Below are positions 9,713 to 20,299 of a stretch of 64,000 bases of DNA, piece after piece. Position 1 is the first letter of the stretch. Every line of letters starts with the position of its first letter. This DNA is from Gracilinanus agilis (lineage: Eukaryota). The stretch lies in assembly GCF_016433145.1 (NCBI RefSeq), contig NC_058131.1:63225253-63289252 (forward strand), written 5' to 3'. The notes under the pieces were generated by a model that had not been told where the DNA came from, ran no database searches, and was given only the letters and a program-made list of their open reading frames with translations. The translations under genes were made by a program, and so were the position numbers.

Positions 9713-10391
9713 TAAATACATTTAATTTTTGAAGAGACTTAGAGTCACTCTTAAGTTCCACTTTGATCTAACGCCTTCCCATTCTCCTCCCACCCTCAAT
9801 TATCTCCTTTCTGCAAATCAGCAAATGTAGTAATAATTGATAGCAGCTAGCACTAATGAGGCAGTTTTTAAAGTTTGCAAAAAGAACATCATCTCACTTA
9901 TCTTCACAATAACCTTGGGAGGTAGGGGCTATTTTTATTCCCATTTAACCGAAGAGGAAAATGAGGCCGAAAACGGTTCAATGATTGCCCAGCTAGTCTC
10001 AGGTCTTCCTGACTCCAAGTCCAGCTCTCCATCCTAAAGGTCGAGCTATTGTTGTTCACCCCGACCTTCTCTGAGCCTGTTTTCCAAGTGTAAAACAGGG
10101 ATGCTATGACTCACTCACTCTACCTGCCTCCCGGAGCTGCTGTAGGGAAACCACTTTAATGGTGTCACAGAACGAGTCGCACAGGACGGGCAGGCTTGGG
10201 AGAATTGAGATCGACATCTTTAGGGCTTTCCAGAACGATGAGATCACTGTCTCATTTGAGTATGTGAGCCCAATGGGACTGGGGTGAGGGTGGGGCCGGA
10301 GGCTCAGAGCCCAAGAAATGCAGCCTGGCTGGGGAGCCACAGGTACCCTTGGAGACAGAGGCTGCTCACGCCAGAAAGACACTGCATCGCA

Positions 10392-10397
10392 TTTATT
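10392..10397 (-). terminator. HSF4: Probable HSF4 polyadenylation signal
   Basis: First minus-strand AATAAA I found downstream of the HSF4 stop, followed by GU-rich gtgtctttct. Confidence 0.55.
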
Positions 10398-10399
10398 CA

Positions 10400-11000
10400 T
10401 AACCAGCACTCAAAGGAGGTGCATGGGATCCGCGACACAAGTGATGGTAGGGGAGGACGGGGACCACGTGGGAGGCGGGGTGGAGGCGGGCCCCAGAGCC
10501 AATGAAATCCGGGCCGGGCCCCCGCCCTCCGGCCCCGCCGCGCCGGCCGGCGGCTAGGCGGAGCTCTGGGCAGCAGCGGAGGGCTGTCTCCTTGCCTGGG
10601 GCGCTCAGCGCACTCGGGGGCTCTAGGTGCATAATTCCCTGCCTGGCACCTTCGCTGATTCAGGCTCGGGGCCTTGCAACTCCTGGGGTGGGGTGCGGGA
10701 GGTGCGGAGGAAGGGGAGGAAGGGGGATGGGATGGAATCCAAACCAAGCCCCCCAGAATACGGAGGGGGGGGCCGAAGCTCTCGGGACCGTTCGGATCAG
10801 CCCCGCCCCCAGGGACCTCCCTCACGGGTCGGGACGAGCCCCAGGATTCAGGTAGGGGGTCCGAGTCCCGTTCTGGGCCAGGGTGTGCGAGGGGTCATAA
10901 AGGGGCTGGACAGCGGAGACTCCGAAGTCAGTAGCTCCGAAGCTCGAGTGGGCTTCCATCGTGAACGTTTGGGGGCTTCTGGAAGCTTCCGGATCCTTTC
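10400..11000. promoter_or_regulatory. CpG island with promoter elements (E-box 10465-10470, GC boxes 10472-10490 and ~10521-10527, CCAAT 10499-10503); likely promoter of the next gene (NOL3 by synteny)
   Basis: High GC and CpG content with clustered motifs; human order is HSF4 then NOL3 on the same strand. Confidence 0.55.
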
Positions 11001-11365
11001 CTGAAAGGACAGAGTGGAGAAAGGGAAGGAGGATGGGCTGGAGAGAATCGAGGCCCTCCGTACCCCACTAGGACTACAAAGCTGCCCCTCCCCTTCGTGG
11101 GAGGGCCCGCAGTACCTAGATGCAAACATCCGAGGAGGAACATTCCTTCGGGCCCCGAGGTGTTCCCACCCCCTCCAGTTTCCCCATCACCTCCACCCCA
11201 GCTTGTTTACCCAGCTTGTCCCATCCCCAGTTCTCTAACCTCCTAACCGTTCCTTCCTCTTTCCCTTTCTGCCGTTCCCTACTCTTTCTAACCGCCTTCC
11301 ATGCTCTCGCCCGGCCCCTCGGAGGTACGGGGCTCAGTCAGACCTCCACATTACTGGCCCCAGCG

Positions 11366-11436
11366 CTAGGGCTTGCCTCCCCCTCCCTCATATTCCAACC
11401 AGAAGCTTCCCCGGAGGGATGGAGAGGGATCCTTTA
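11366..11436 (-). CDS. HSF4: HSF4 coding exon 13 (last; divergent, VKDPSPSL...GKP*)
   Basis: KDP matches human GKDP; phase fits exon 12; acceptor is weak (gagcag) and the intron only ~70 nt. Confidence 0.45.
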
Positions 11437-11506
11437 CTGCTCACCCTGGGAGTTTCCCCAGCTCCCCCACGCCCACCCCAAACACCCAACGGAACACAGT
11501 CGCTAC

Positions 11507-11582
11507 CTGGGTCCGGGGAGTTCAGCTCTTTGGACATCAGCTCGGTCTCAGGCTTCTCCATGTCTTTGGGGAGCTGGGGCAT
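11507..11582 (-). CDS. HSF4: HSF4 coding exon 12 (MPQLPKDMEKPETELMSKELNSPDP)
   Basis: ccccatag acceptor, G|gtagcg donor; matches human [23 protein letters not shown]. Confidence 0.85.
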
Positions 11583-11934
11583 CTATGGGGACGTTCCGAG
11601 GCCAGGGACAGAGGGGAGGAAAGAATTGAGCTCACTTCGAAAAACTCTGTGGGGAATTGGAGCTGGGGACGCTGGGAAGGAGGCAAGCCGAGGTGCTGGG
11701 GACTGGGGGTGGGGGGATTCCGCGAAAAAAGGCCCATTTGAGAGTGACCTCGATTTAGGAATTCTGCTGGACTGGCCTGAGGCGGAGTGAAAAGGGGTCT
11801 TCTGCAGGATCGGAAAGAAGAGGAGGTTCGGGGAAGGGGGAACTGCGCTGACAGGGGCACCAAGCAGAGATCCCGCCCCCTTGGCCCTCTCCCAGTGATC
11901 ACCCCGCCTCCCGGGCTCCTTCCTCTCCCCTTAC

Positions 11935-12153
11935 CAGGGACAGCCCCACATCCATATCCAGCAGGCTCCACTCGCTCCCTGAGAGGCCGCTCCCCGATAG
12001 GCCGCTCCCCGATAGGCCACTCCCCGAGATGGCGCTCCCCGAGAGGCCGCTGCCGCTCCCGCTCTGGGAGAGGCCGCTTCCCGAGAGGCCGCTCCCGCTC
12101 CCGGAGAGGCTGCTCCCAGAGAGGCCGCTCCCAGAGAGGCCGGAGCTGAACAC
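11935..12153 (-). CDS. HSF4: HSF4 coding exon 11 with Ser/Gly repeat expansion (VFSSGLSGS...SEWSLLDMDVGLSL)
   Basis: gtccttag acceptor, CTG|gtaagg donor, 219 nt phase 0; both ends match human VLGPSL...EWTLMDLDMELSL. Confidence 0.85.
11976..12143 (-). repeat. Coding minisatellite, ~15-nt unit (TCTGGGAGCGGCCTC, SGSGL)
   Basis: About 10 degenerate copies of gagaggccgctccc(c/a)g on the plus strand. Confidence 0.9.
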
Positions 12154-12419
12154 CTAAGGACCACAGATTTTAGAGCTGAAAGGGATTTGTGAGATTAGTA
12201 GACCAAACCCAGAAATTTTGCAGAAAAGGAAACTGAGGCGGGGAGGGGGGTTGGGAGGGGGGAAGAGATGTGGCCCAAAGAATTAGTAGTCGAGCTAGAA
12301 TTCCTATGTAGGTATTTTGATTCCCAGTGCTGGCTTCTTCCACCACCCTTAAGAAAGGGAACAGAGGACCCAAGAAATCAGTATCACCATCCCTAGGCCC
12401 GGTGGGAGTAGATACTCAC

Positions 12420-12519
12420 CTCCAGTTCCCCCTCGGGCAAGGTACCCTGCTGGCCCCGAAGCAACAGCTGTAAATTCTCCAGGCTCAGGTCTTCCCCGTC
12501 TAGGGGCTCCCCCAACTCC
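12420..12519 (-). CDS. HSF4: HSF4 coding exon 10 (ELGEPLDGEDLSLENLQLLLRGQQGTLPEGELE), HR-C-like
   Basis: cccacag acceptor, GAG|gtgagt donor, 100 nt, phases fit neighbouring exons. Confidence 0.85.
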
Positions 12520-13395
12520 CTGTGGGTATGGAGGGCACTGTCTCAGTGCAGAAGCATGCAGGCCTTATTAATGCCCCCCCCCTTAGTCTCCTTCAGGCCA
12601 GCTTTTCCTTGAGAAGGGGTAGGGCCAGGAACAAATCCATACTGCACCTTTATTCCCCACCCCACCCCCATTTCATCCAGGTCAAAGAGAGCATCCCTGC
12701 AACTAGGAGGGTCCCAGGGATTCTAGTCCAGTCCCTTCATTGTCCAATAGAAATAGAAGCCCCAAGGAGGAGGGAGGTCACACACAGAGCTGCTTCACTG
12801 ATCCCAAGCAGGGCAGCCACAGGGTGGATGAGCAGGGGGCTAGGGGTGGGGTGGGGAGAGACTTTTAATCGCTGCCCTGTGTGCTCAACCATTTCTGGGT
12901 TCGATGGAATGACTATGGAATGACACAGTAGGTGCTTCATGGAGGTTCACTGAATAAAGGAATGCATGTTCAAACTGTACAGATTGTACTTCACTGTGCT
13001 TCCAGCACCCCCCCCCCAAGCACTGTTACTTCATAAAGAGAAAGTTTAAATGGAAGCTCCTCATGGGAGAGGGTTCAAGGAGAAATGCATTCATTCCTCA
13101 ATATTAGGGAGGCTGCGGGGAGTGGAAAGGCCTGGGGAAGGAGAGCAGAGGGCATCCTTCCTCCCAGCATTTAGCATCCTGGAACTCCTGGGTAGGAGAC
13201 CCCAAGAGAGAGCATGTTCTCTTCCTGGGTGTATGTCCCAAGCGCATTCCTTTTTTCTGGCCAGCCGTGAGAAGGCATGGCAGAAGCAGCTAAGCCATGC
13301 TGTGGATTGTTAAATGCTGACCTTGCCTGCAAGCCCCCATTCAGGGGGTTATGTTGCTTGGAGCTGGACCCAAGGAGGGGGCCCTCCCCTCTCAC

Positions 13396-13620
13396 CTGTC
13401 TGGGGGCTCTCTTTGGTCCCTCCTCTCTGGCTGCTGGGCACTCCTCTGCCCCTCAGGGTTGCAGCTCTCTTTGTCTTCCAGAACTGACTGGACTACAGCC
13501 ACAGGGATCACAGGTGGGGCTGTCATGTAGAAGCCATAGTCGCTTGAGGCCACATGTGGAGCAACTGTGCCTTTCCCCCTGGGGCTGGCTGGCTCTTCCT
13601 TGAGCAGCACTTCCTTTTCC
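13396..13620 (-). CDS. HSF4: HSF4 coding exon 9
   Basis: [13 protein letters not shown]...[16 protein letters not shown]...; canonical splice sites. Confidence 0.95.
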
Positions 13621-13704
13621 CTGCACCAGAAAAGAACTTCCACTGGAGCCCAGGGCTCTCCCGCCCACCGTAGCAGTCCCAGAATCCTCTGATTCCCCTC
13701 TTAC

Positions 13705-13829
13705 TTCTGGGTGTCACAGGAAGGTGACATGATTTCTTCAGGGGAGGGAGAGATATCGGAGACATCGGAGATGATGGGTTCCCTCAGTTCTCTGCGGCTG
13801 CTATGGCAGGAGGACGTTTCTGTGGAAGG
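13705..13829 (-). CDS. HSF4: HSF4 coding exon 8
   Basis: PSTETSSCHSSRRELREPIISDVSDISPSPEE...; 125 nt; cttacag / gtaaga. Confidence 0.9.
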
Positions 13830-14118
13830 CTGTAAGCACAGTACCAGGCCCAGCTCCCCTGACTGAGCCCTAAAATGGGGTACCAGGGAATACAGGGAAA
13901 GGGCACAACTTCCCCTCTCCCAGAAAGATCCAGATCTGCTGGGGGAAACACCCTTGCCCCTGGAGTAGCCTTATGTCCTTTGGGGAATGGGTACCCCCCT
14001 TGATGAGTCTGATGAGATAGCCCCCTGCCCTCTTTTTTTCCTCTTAGGAAAAAGGAGAGGTTCTTCCCTCCATGAATTATTCAGCAGGGGACAAGGAAAG
14101 GGCATGGATGGCACTTAC

Positions 14119-14221
14119 TGACTGAATAAAGTAGGAGTCCTGCAAGGGAAGATCAGGCAGAGAAGTTCTGCTGACTTTGACTCCAGAATGCATTCCGGTC
14201 CCTTCAGCCAGCATCAGGGGC
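14119..14221 (-). CDS. HSF4: HSF4 coding exon 7
   Basis: PLMLAEG...LQDSYFIQS; 103 nt; donor gtaagt. Confidence 0.9.
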
Positions 14222-14759
14222 CTTAGGGACAGGGGAGAGCTCAGAATGTCAATTCGTGTCTCCCTCCCAGGCCCCATCCTCCCTGTCTCCCAGCTCTCCT
14301 CACAGCAGAGGGGCACAGGAGGTCTTGGGTTCAACCGCACCAGGATGCTACTGAATCGAGGAGTCCCCAGACAGTGCCAGCCTTCCATGGTGCTCTGGGA
14401 ACTCACAGAGTGACTCTGATGCCCCCCCCCCCATCCAGTTTAACCACCCTACCCCTTCCCATTACCCTTTGCCAGGAATAGCAACAGTGCTGAATCAGTC
14501 CTCTGGCCAGAGCCCTGTCACCATGGCACCCTGGTCACATGGGAGGGAGGGGGACTAGCCCAGGGGACCATGGGATAGGGAGACCCTAGATGTCTGCTCT
14601 GTGGCCTGAACTCCTAGCACAGTGGTGTTTGGGGGTGTCCACCTCAGCTGGAGTGGGAAGGAAGGGGAAAGGAGCTGAGATTCAGGGAATGGACTGAGAG
14701 AAGTTGGCTGTAGGCAGGGGAATATGGCTCTCTCCCCATCTCTCAAACTCCCCACTCAC

Positions 14760-14824
14760 AGTTTTCTCTTGGATGCCCCACTGCTGGGCCCAGCCTGAAT
14801 TGGGCTAAAGAGACACTGGATCAG
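14760..14824 (-). CDS. HSF4: HSF4 coding exon 6
   Basis: LIQCLFSPIQAGPSSGASKRKL; 65 nt. Confidence 0.95.
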
Positions 14825-15343
14825 CTGACCAGGATGAAAAAGGTAATGAGAGGAAAAAGAAAGATATCTTTCATTATCAGAGGAAGGAGGGAAGGACCCA
14901 AGCTTGTCATGAAGAACCTGTCTCAAGGACCCCAGAGACTCCACTCCTGTCTAGAACAGCAACAATTAAAGTTAAAATTGGACTATCTTCTTCCTCCTAG
15001 GAGCCAAGTGTAGCCTCCCTCAGGCTCTCAGAAGCTTTTTTTCCCCTCCTCTCCCCCTCTCTCTCTTAGGAAGCATCGGATTTCTGGGACTCCAGCAATG
15101 GATACTGCCCAAGATCTGTCCCTGAGCTAAGGGCTACTACAGATGTTCCAGCTTCCTTTTCCCTTGCTCAGGGAACAGGGGTTCTCTGCAGTCAAGGGTT
15201 CATCCCTAAGCTTGGGCAGGATGAGGGAAGGGAGAAGGGGTATGAGGAATCATGACCCCATCCCAGTTGGTCATGATCCCATAGCCCACTGCTCGGCCAG
15301 GGGAGGCCTGGGGAAGGAAGGGTCCGGGGAGAGGGAGCCTTAC

Positions 15344-15419
15344 TTTATTCATAACCCTGTGTTGTTGATGGTGTTGCTGCCGAAGACTCATTACCTCACG
15401 CCACAGGACTTCATTCTGC
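15344..15419 (-). CDS. HSF4: HSF4 coding exon 5 (HR-A/B)
   Basis: QNEVLWREVMSLRQQHHQQHRVMNK; 76 nt. Confidence 0.95.
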
Positions 15420-16246
15420 CTGAAGACAGAAAAAAAAACCCAACAAAAAAAATAACCATGGAGAAGGGTGGAACAGATCCTCCTCTCCCATCTCTACAGC
15501 ATAAACATTCCACTAGGGAATGCCTAGGGAAGGGCAGGAGGGTACCAGGCCACCCACACGCCCTCAAAAGAAAACACCCAGAAGTCGGGGCCAGGGTACT
15601 TTCAGAAAGCATTAAGATGGGGTGGCTTTTGGCAGGTCACCATGGAAAGAAAAGAAGATGCTTTTCGGGACCACTGAGCCTGGGGTCTGAAGAGAGGTGC
15701 TGCTCAATGAACAGGGCCTTCGACTTAGAGCAAGAAGAGCCAGGACCCACCTGCCGGGGCTGGCAGCTGGTAGCTGTATTCCCAAAGGAGAAGATTCTCC
15801 CCTGAACCTCCCCCTCAGCCTGGACCAAGGCTGAGGGGGCTTTAAAATGGCATGCTCCTGAGGCCTTTCCTGACCCTCTGACTCCCTTTCCCCCAGGAAA
15901 CTGAGTTTGTGACCAGTTTTCCAGTATGGGATGGAGAGAGCCACAGGACTAAAGGAAAGTATAAAGGTAAAGGGCACCCGCCAGGACGTTGAGGAACCTG
16001 GGTTCTAATCCTGGCTTTTATTCTGACATCCTGTAATCTGGAGCCCCCCCCCCTCCATCTTTAACGTGTCCTCCGTCCTTTCCAGCTCTGAGACAGCATG
16101 TCCAGTTCTGAGTCCTCTTAGCAGGGGAGCCAGGAGAGGATAAAGCCATTAACTGGGAATACTGGGCTAAGGGAGCCCTCTTGAGGCTCCTCAGGGAGGA
16201 GGCAGGGGGCAGCATAATCCCAACAGCCCCGTCCCCGTCTGCTCAC

Positions 16247-16371
16247 TGTCTGAGGTCTTGGAGCTGGCCCTCGGCGCTGTCCTGCTGTCCTCGAAGCACC
16301 TGGACCTCGCAGATCATCCGACTCAGATCCTCTTGGCGAAGCCGGTTCTCCTCACTCCTAAGCACTGACAC
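16247..16371 (-). CDS. HSF4: HSF4 coding exon 4 (HR-A/B)
   Basis: VSVLRSEENRLRQEDLSRMICEVQVLRGQQDSAEGQLQDLRQ; 125 nt. Confidence 0.95.
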
Positions 16372-16541
16372 CTGCGGTGGGTCCAGAGCAGCCCTGAGCC
16401 CGCCAAACCCTCCTCTCTGCGCTGCTGCTGCTGCGGAGGGATCTGGGGCTCCCAGGGGCTGGGCTGGAAACTGGGACGGACCTGGGGCTGGCCAGGGAGC
16501 TGCCACTAGGGCCGGAATGGGGCTGGAAGGAGCCCACCTAC

Positions 16542-16669
16542 CTTCCTCTTAATTTGTTCGAGCAAGTGTTCGTGCCCTCGGAGAAAGCACTGGTGCTGGA
16601 ACTCGGTGTCATCCCGGTCTGGCTTCAGCAAGCCCCCTTGTTCAATGTTCACCACCTTCCGGAAGCCAT
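16542..16669 (-). CDS. HSF4: HSF4 coding exon 3 (DNA-binding domain)
   Basis: [43 protein letters not shown]; 128 nt. Confidence 0.97.
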
Positions 16670-17252
16670 CTGAGGAGTGCGCAGAGGAGGGGGAGCTCAT
16701 AGCGGGCTGCGCCCCCAAGCCCCCACTTCCCATTTGGACTGTGCCCTGAGAACCCGCCCCTGGGGGAAGGGAGGGGGCGTCCTCGACGCAGAAGTCTAGA
16801 CCTGAAGACCCCAGAAAGCTGGGTTTGGAACCGTGGCTCTAACAAAGCGGCCAACCCTCTCTAAATTCATCTGGAAAAGGGGGGTGCTAATACCACCTCC
16901 CCCCCACACCCCGATGATGAAGGGCTTTCTAAATAAATCTCCAAGAGCTACGGAAATGTCCGCTGTAAATTGCTCCCCCCATCCTCATTTTCCATTGTCC
17001 CCCATTCCATAGTCAGAGAGCCCCAGGTGGGATGCAAGCCAGGTCTCCTGACCCAGCAGCATTCAGCAGTCTACTCCCAGAGCTTCCATCCCCCACGATG
17101 AATAAGGCAGAGGCACCCAGCCAGGCCTGAAGGGGGAAGAGCAGGACTCCAGTCCTCCCAGGTGGGGTGAGGACTTTCCTCTTCCCTGTCTCATCAGCCC
17201 GGGCTTCCCTCCTCCCCTCCCCTGAGTCTCCTTCTTCTTGGTCAACACTCAC

Positions 17253-17361
17253 ACATGTTGAGCTGCCTCACAAAGCTGGCCATGTTGTTGTGTTTAAAGT
17301 ATTTAGGCAGAACCTCCTTGGAAAATCGGCCCTGATCACGGACGTGGAAGCTGGCTCCATT
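17253..17361 (-). CDS. HSF4: HSF4 coding exon 2 (DNA-binding domain)
   Basis: [36 protein letters not shown], the HSF signature; 109 nt. Confidence 0.97.
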
Positions 17362-20299
17362 CTGAAAAACACCCCCAGAAACACAGGCATGTCCAGACAC
17401 GGGCATCCAGAGGTACGGGCCCAAGAGACCCTCCAGAGCCCCAAATAGCGCAAGAAGCATTTGCCTTATGCCTCGGATAGGCTTCTGTTAGGCACTGAGG
17501 ACAGCAATCCAGACAGAAACTGTCTGTCCTCGTGCAGTTTCCGAAGGACTTTGGTGAAATGCAAATAAAGAAATCTACTATGTACAAACTAATTTCTGGA
17601 TAAGAGGAAAACACTAAAAGTTCGGGAGATGAGGGAATCTGAAAAGGCCTCCTGTAGGAAGCAGCTCCTGAGGTTCCACTAGGCAGAGATGAGGAAGAGA
17701 GGCCTCCCAGGCACGGGGAAAGGCACAGAGATGGGAGAGAATCATAACGGCTTTCATTAATACAGCCCTTTAACTCTTATCAAATATTTGAGGTTCATCA
17801 TCTCATTTGATCCTTACAACAACCCCATTTTTATCACCCAGAACTTATAGAGGAGGATACTGAGGTTCAGAGTGGGTGGATGTGACTTGCCCCAGGTCAC
17901 ACAGCTAATAGTGTCTGAGATGGGATTCAGAACCAGATCTTCTAGACTCCTCATCCAGTTTTCCAACTCCTCTATCAGGATGTCTCCTCCAGGGAATGGC
18001 ACATTTGGGGAACTGAGAGTCATCATTAGAGCTGACATTGGTAGATATATACATGTAAACATATATGACTTGTATTTTATATGTATATATACAAATACAT
18101 AAAATCTCATTGAATCCTCTTCCAACCATTTAGAGGTAGGGAAGACAGGTAGAGTATTATTAGCTTTTACCCTAGTTTTTGATGTGGAAACTGAGGCTAA
18201 AGTATAAAACTCGTGAGTTCTTTTTTTTTTTAATATAAGGGACTGGGAGAGGGCTACAGGGGGATATTTGTTTTATATAAAAGCAATGATATCCTTTAAA
18301 CTATATTTATTTAAAAGAGGTAGCTGTGGTAGAGGAAGGAGTTTTAATCCTGGGTTGGGAGAGAGATGCCATTGGAAAACCTATTCTCTATGGCTTTGGG
18401 TAATTCACTTGCCCCTCTGGGTCTCAGTTTCCTTCTCTGTGAAATAAGGAGGTTGGACTAAGACAGGTGCTCTTAACTTAGCTTCTTTGAACTTGGTTTT
18501 TGATTTTAGAATTTGCTAAACTGAATTTCGCTGTAATGACTTTCCTTGGCAATCCTCTACATGGTATCTTCTCCATTTAACCATATTCTGAGGAGGGATC
18601 CACCCCTAGACTTCACCAGACTGCCACCAAGGGGCCCCGGGTGCCAGCCAGGTAAAGAACCCCTGGAATGGCTGGTCTCTGAAGTCCCTTCTCTCCAGAG
18701 ATCCCCTGACTTGCCCATATTCACACAAAGAGCGGGGAGAGTGCACTAGCCCCAAAGCCAAGCGAGGACTTCTGAGCCTCAGGCCAATTCTATTGCCACT
18801 GCTCCACACTGCCTTTCAGGACAGGGGTGAGCAGGCTTTAATTAAGGTGCTGGAACATTTGCAGATGAGGGAAATAAGCGTTTCTGTTGTACCTACTATG
18901 TGCCAAGTGCTGTGCTAAGTACTTTTTTTTCAAATATTATCTCATTTTATCCTCACAATTCTGGGAGGTGGGTAGGTACTATTCTTATTCCCAGGTGACA
19001 TATTAGGAAACTGAGGCAGCTAGCAAGTGTCTGAGACTAGGTTTGAACTGAGATCTTCCACACTCCAAGCCCATCACCCTACTCACTTTGTGACCTAGCA
19101 TTCACATACATAGACTGAAACCTCTACTCATTTAGACACACAACTATGAACAGGTCCCAATAATAATAATGATAATAACTAACACTTACATAATGCTTAC
19201 TATGTGCCAGGCACGGTGCTAAGCATTTCTTACAATTATGATCTCATTGAATCCTCCCAACAACTCTGGGAGGTAGGTACTGTTATCATCCCCATTTTAC
19301 AGATGAGAAAACTGAGGCAAACAGAGGTCCAGTGGCTTGCCCAGGACAGCTAGTAAATGTCTGAGGCAAGATTGGAATTTGGTTCTTCCCAACTCCGAGC
19401 CCATGCTGTGTCGGCAAGAGTACTGGACCAGGAGACAGGGAACTGTTTCTACCACTAACTCTCTAAATTACTTTGGGAAGTCATTTCCCTTTTCAGGGCC
19501 TCAGTTTTCTCATCTGTTAAACAATGGACATGGACTATTAAATAAATGGTCTCTAAGGGCCCTTCCGGCTCTGATATTCTATACTGGGTGTTTCTCTCAA
19601 CTACACATATACAGTCATACATGGAGTGTCCTAACACAGCTGTCCCCATGTCCAGCCCTCCCCTCCATTCAGTCTCCATAAAACTGGGCACCCTCCTTTC
19701 TTTTCCGATCTCTTAGAACATCTGGGACCAGGGGCTTTTATGGTAAAGGACCCTGCCAGGCAGACAGAAAACAAACCTGGATTTGAGTCTCAGCTCTGTT
19801 ATCTGCTCTCTCCCATGACCTTGTACAAGTCACTTTCTTATTTTGGACCTCACTTTCTTCATTATAAAATGACAGGGTTAGATTAAATGATCTTGGAAAA
19901 GTCCCTTCCAGTTTGAAATCCCATAGCTCCAACCTGGAAGCATTCTCCAGGTTCTTTTTCTCCCCCTCGCTCCCTTCTCCGGCCCTCTGCTCCCCCCCCC
20001 CAAGCTGAAAAAAGTGCCCCAGAACAGCTGGAATTCGATCCAATAGCCATCCTGGGGCCCCAGGCCCTGTCCTAGGGATTTGGAGGGAGGGCTGGCACTG
20101 ATGGAGGAGGGGGAGGGGGCCAGAACAGGGGGGAAGGGCTCTGAGGGGCTGAATTTTCCCGGCTCCGCCTCAGTTTCCTCCTCACCTGGGAAATGGAGGG
20201 ATTTGTTAGTGTCTAGGCTGGGGGCTCGTCCAGCTCTCTTTAGCCTGTAAGGATGCTCTCCCATGTCGGGGTGTCGGGGAGGGCTACTACAGCGCGATC

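Noticed and set aside
11787-12164. Arg/Ser-rich and Gly/Ala-rich ORFs over the HSF4 exon 11 repeat
   Set aside because: Alternative frames of the minisatellite; only the Ser/Gly frame fits the splice phases.
15143-15805. 220-aa plus-strand ORF antisense to HSF4 exon 5
   Set aside because: No recognisable domain; mostly intronic low-complexity sequence.
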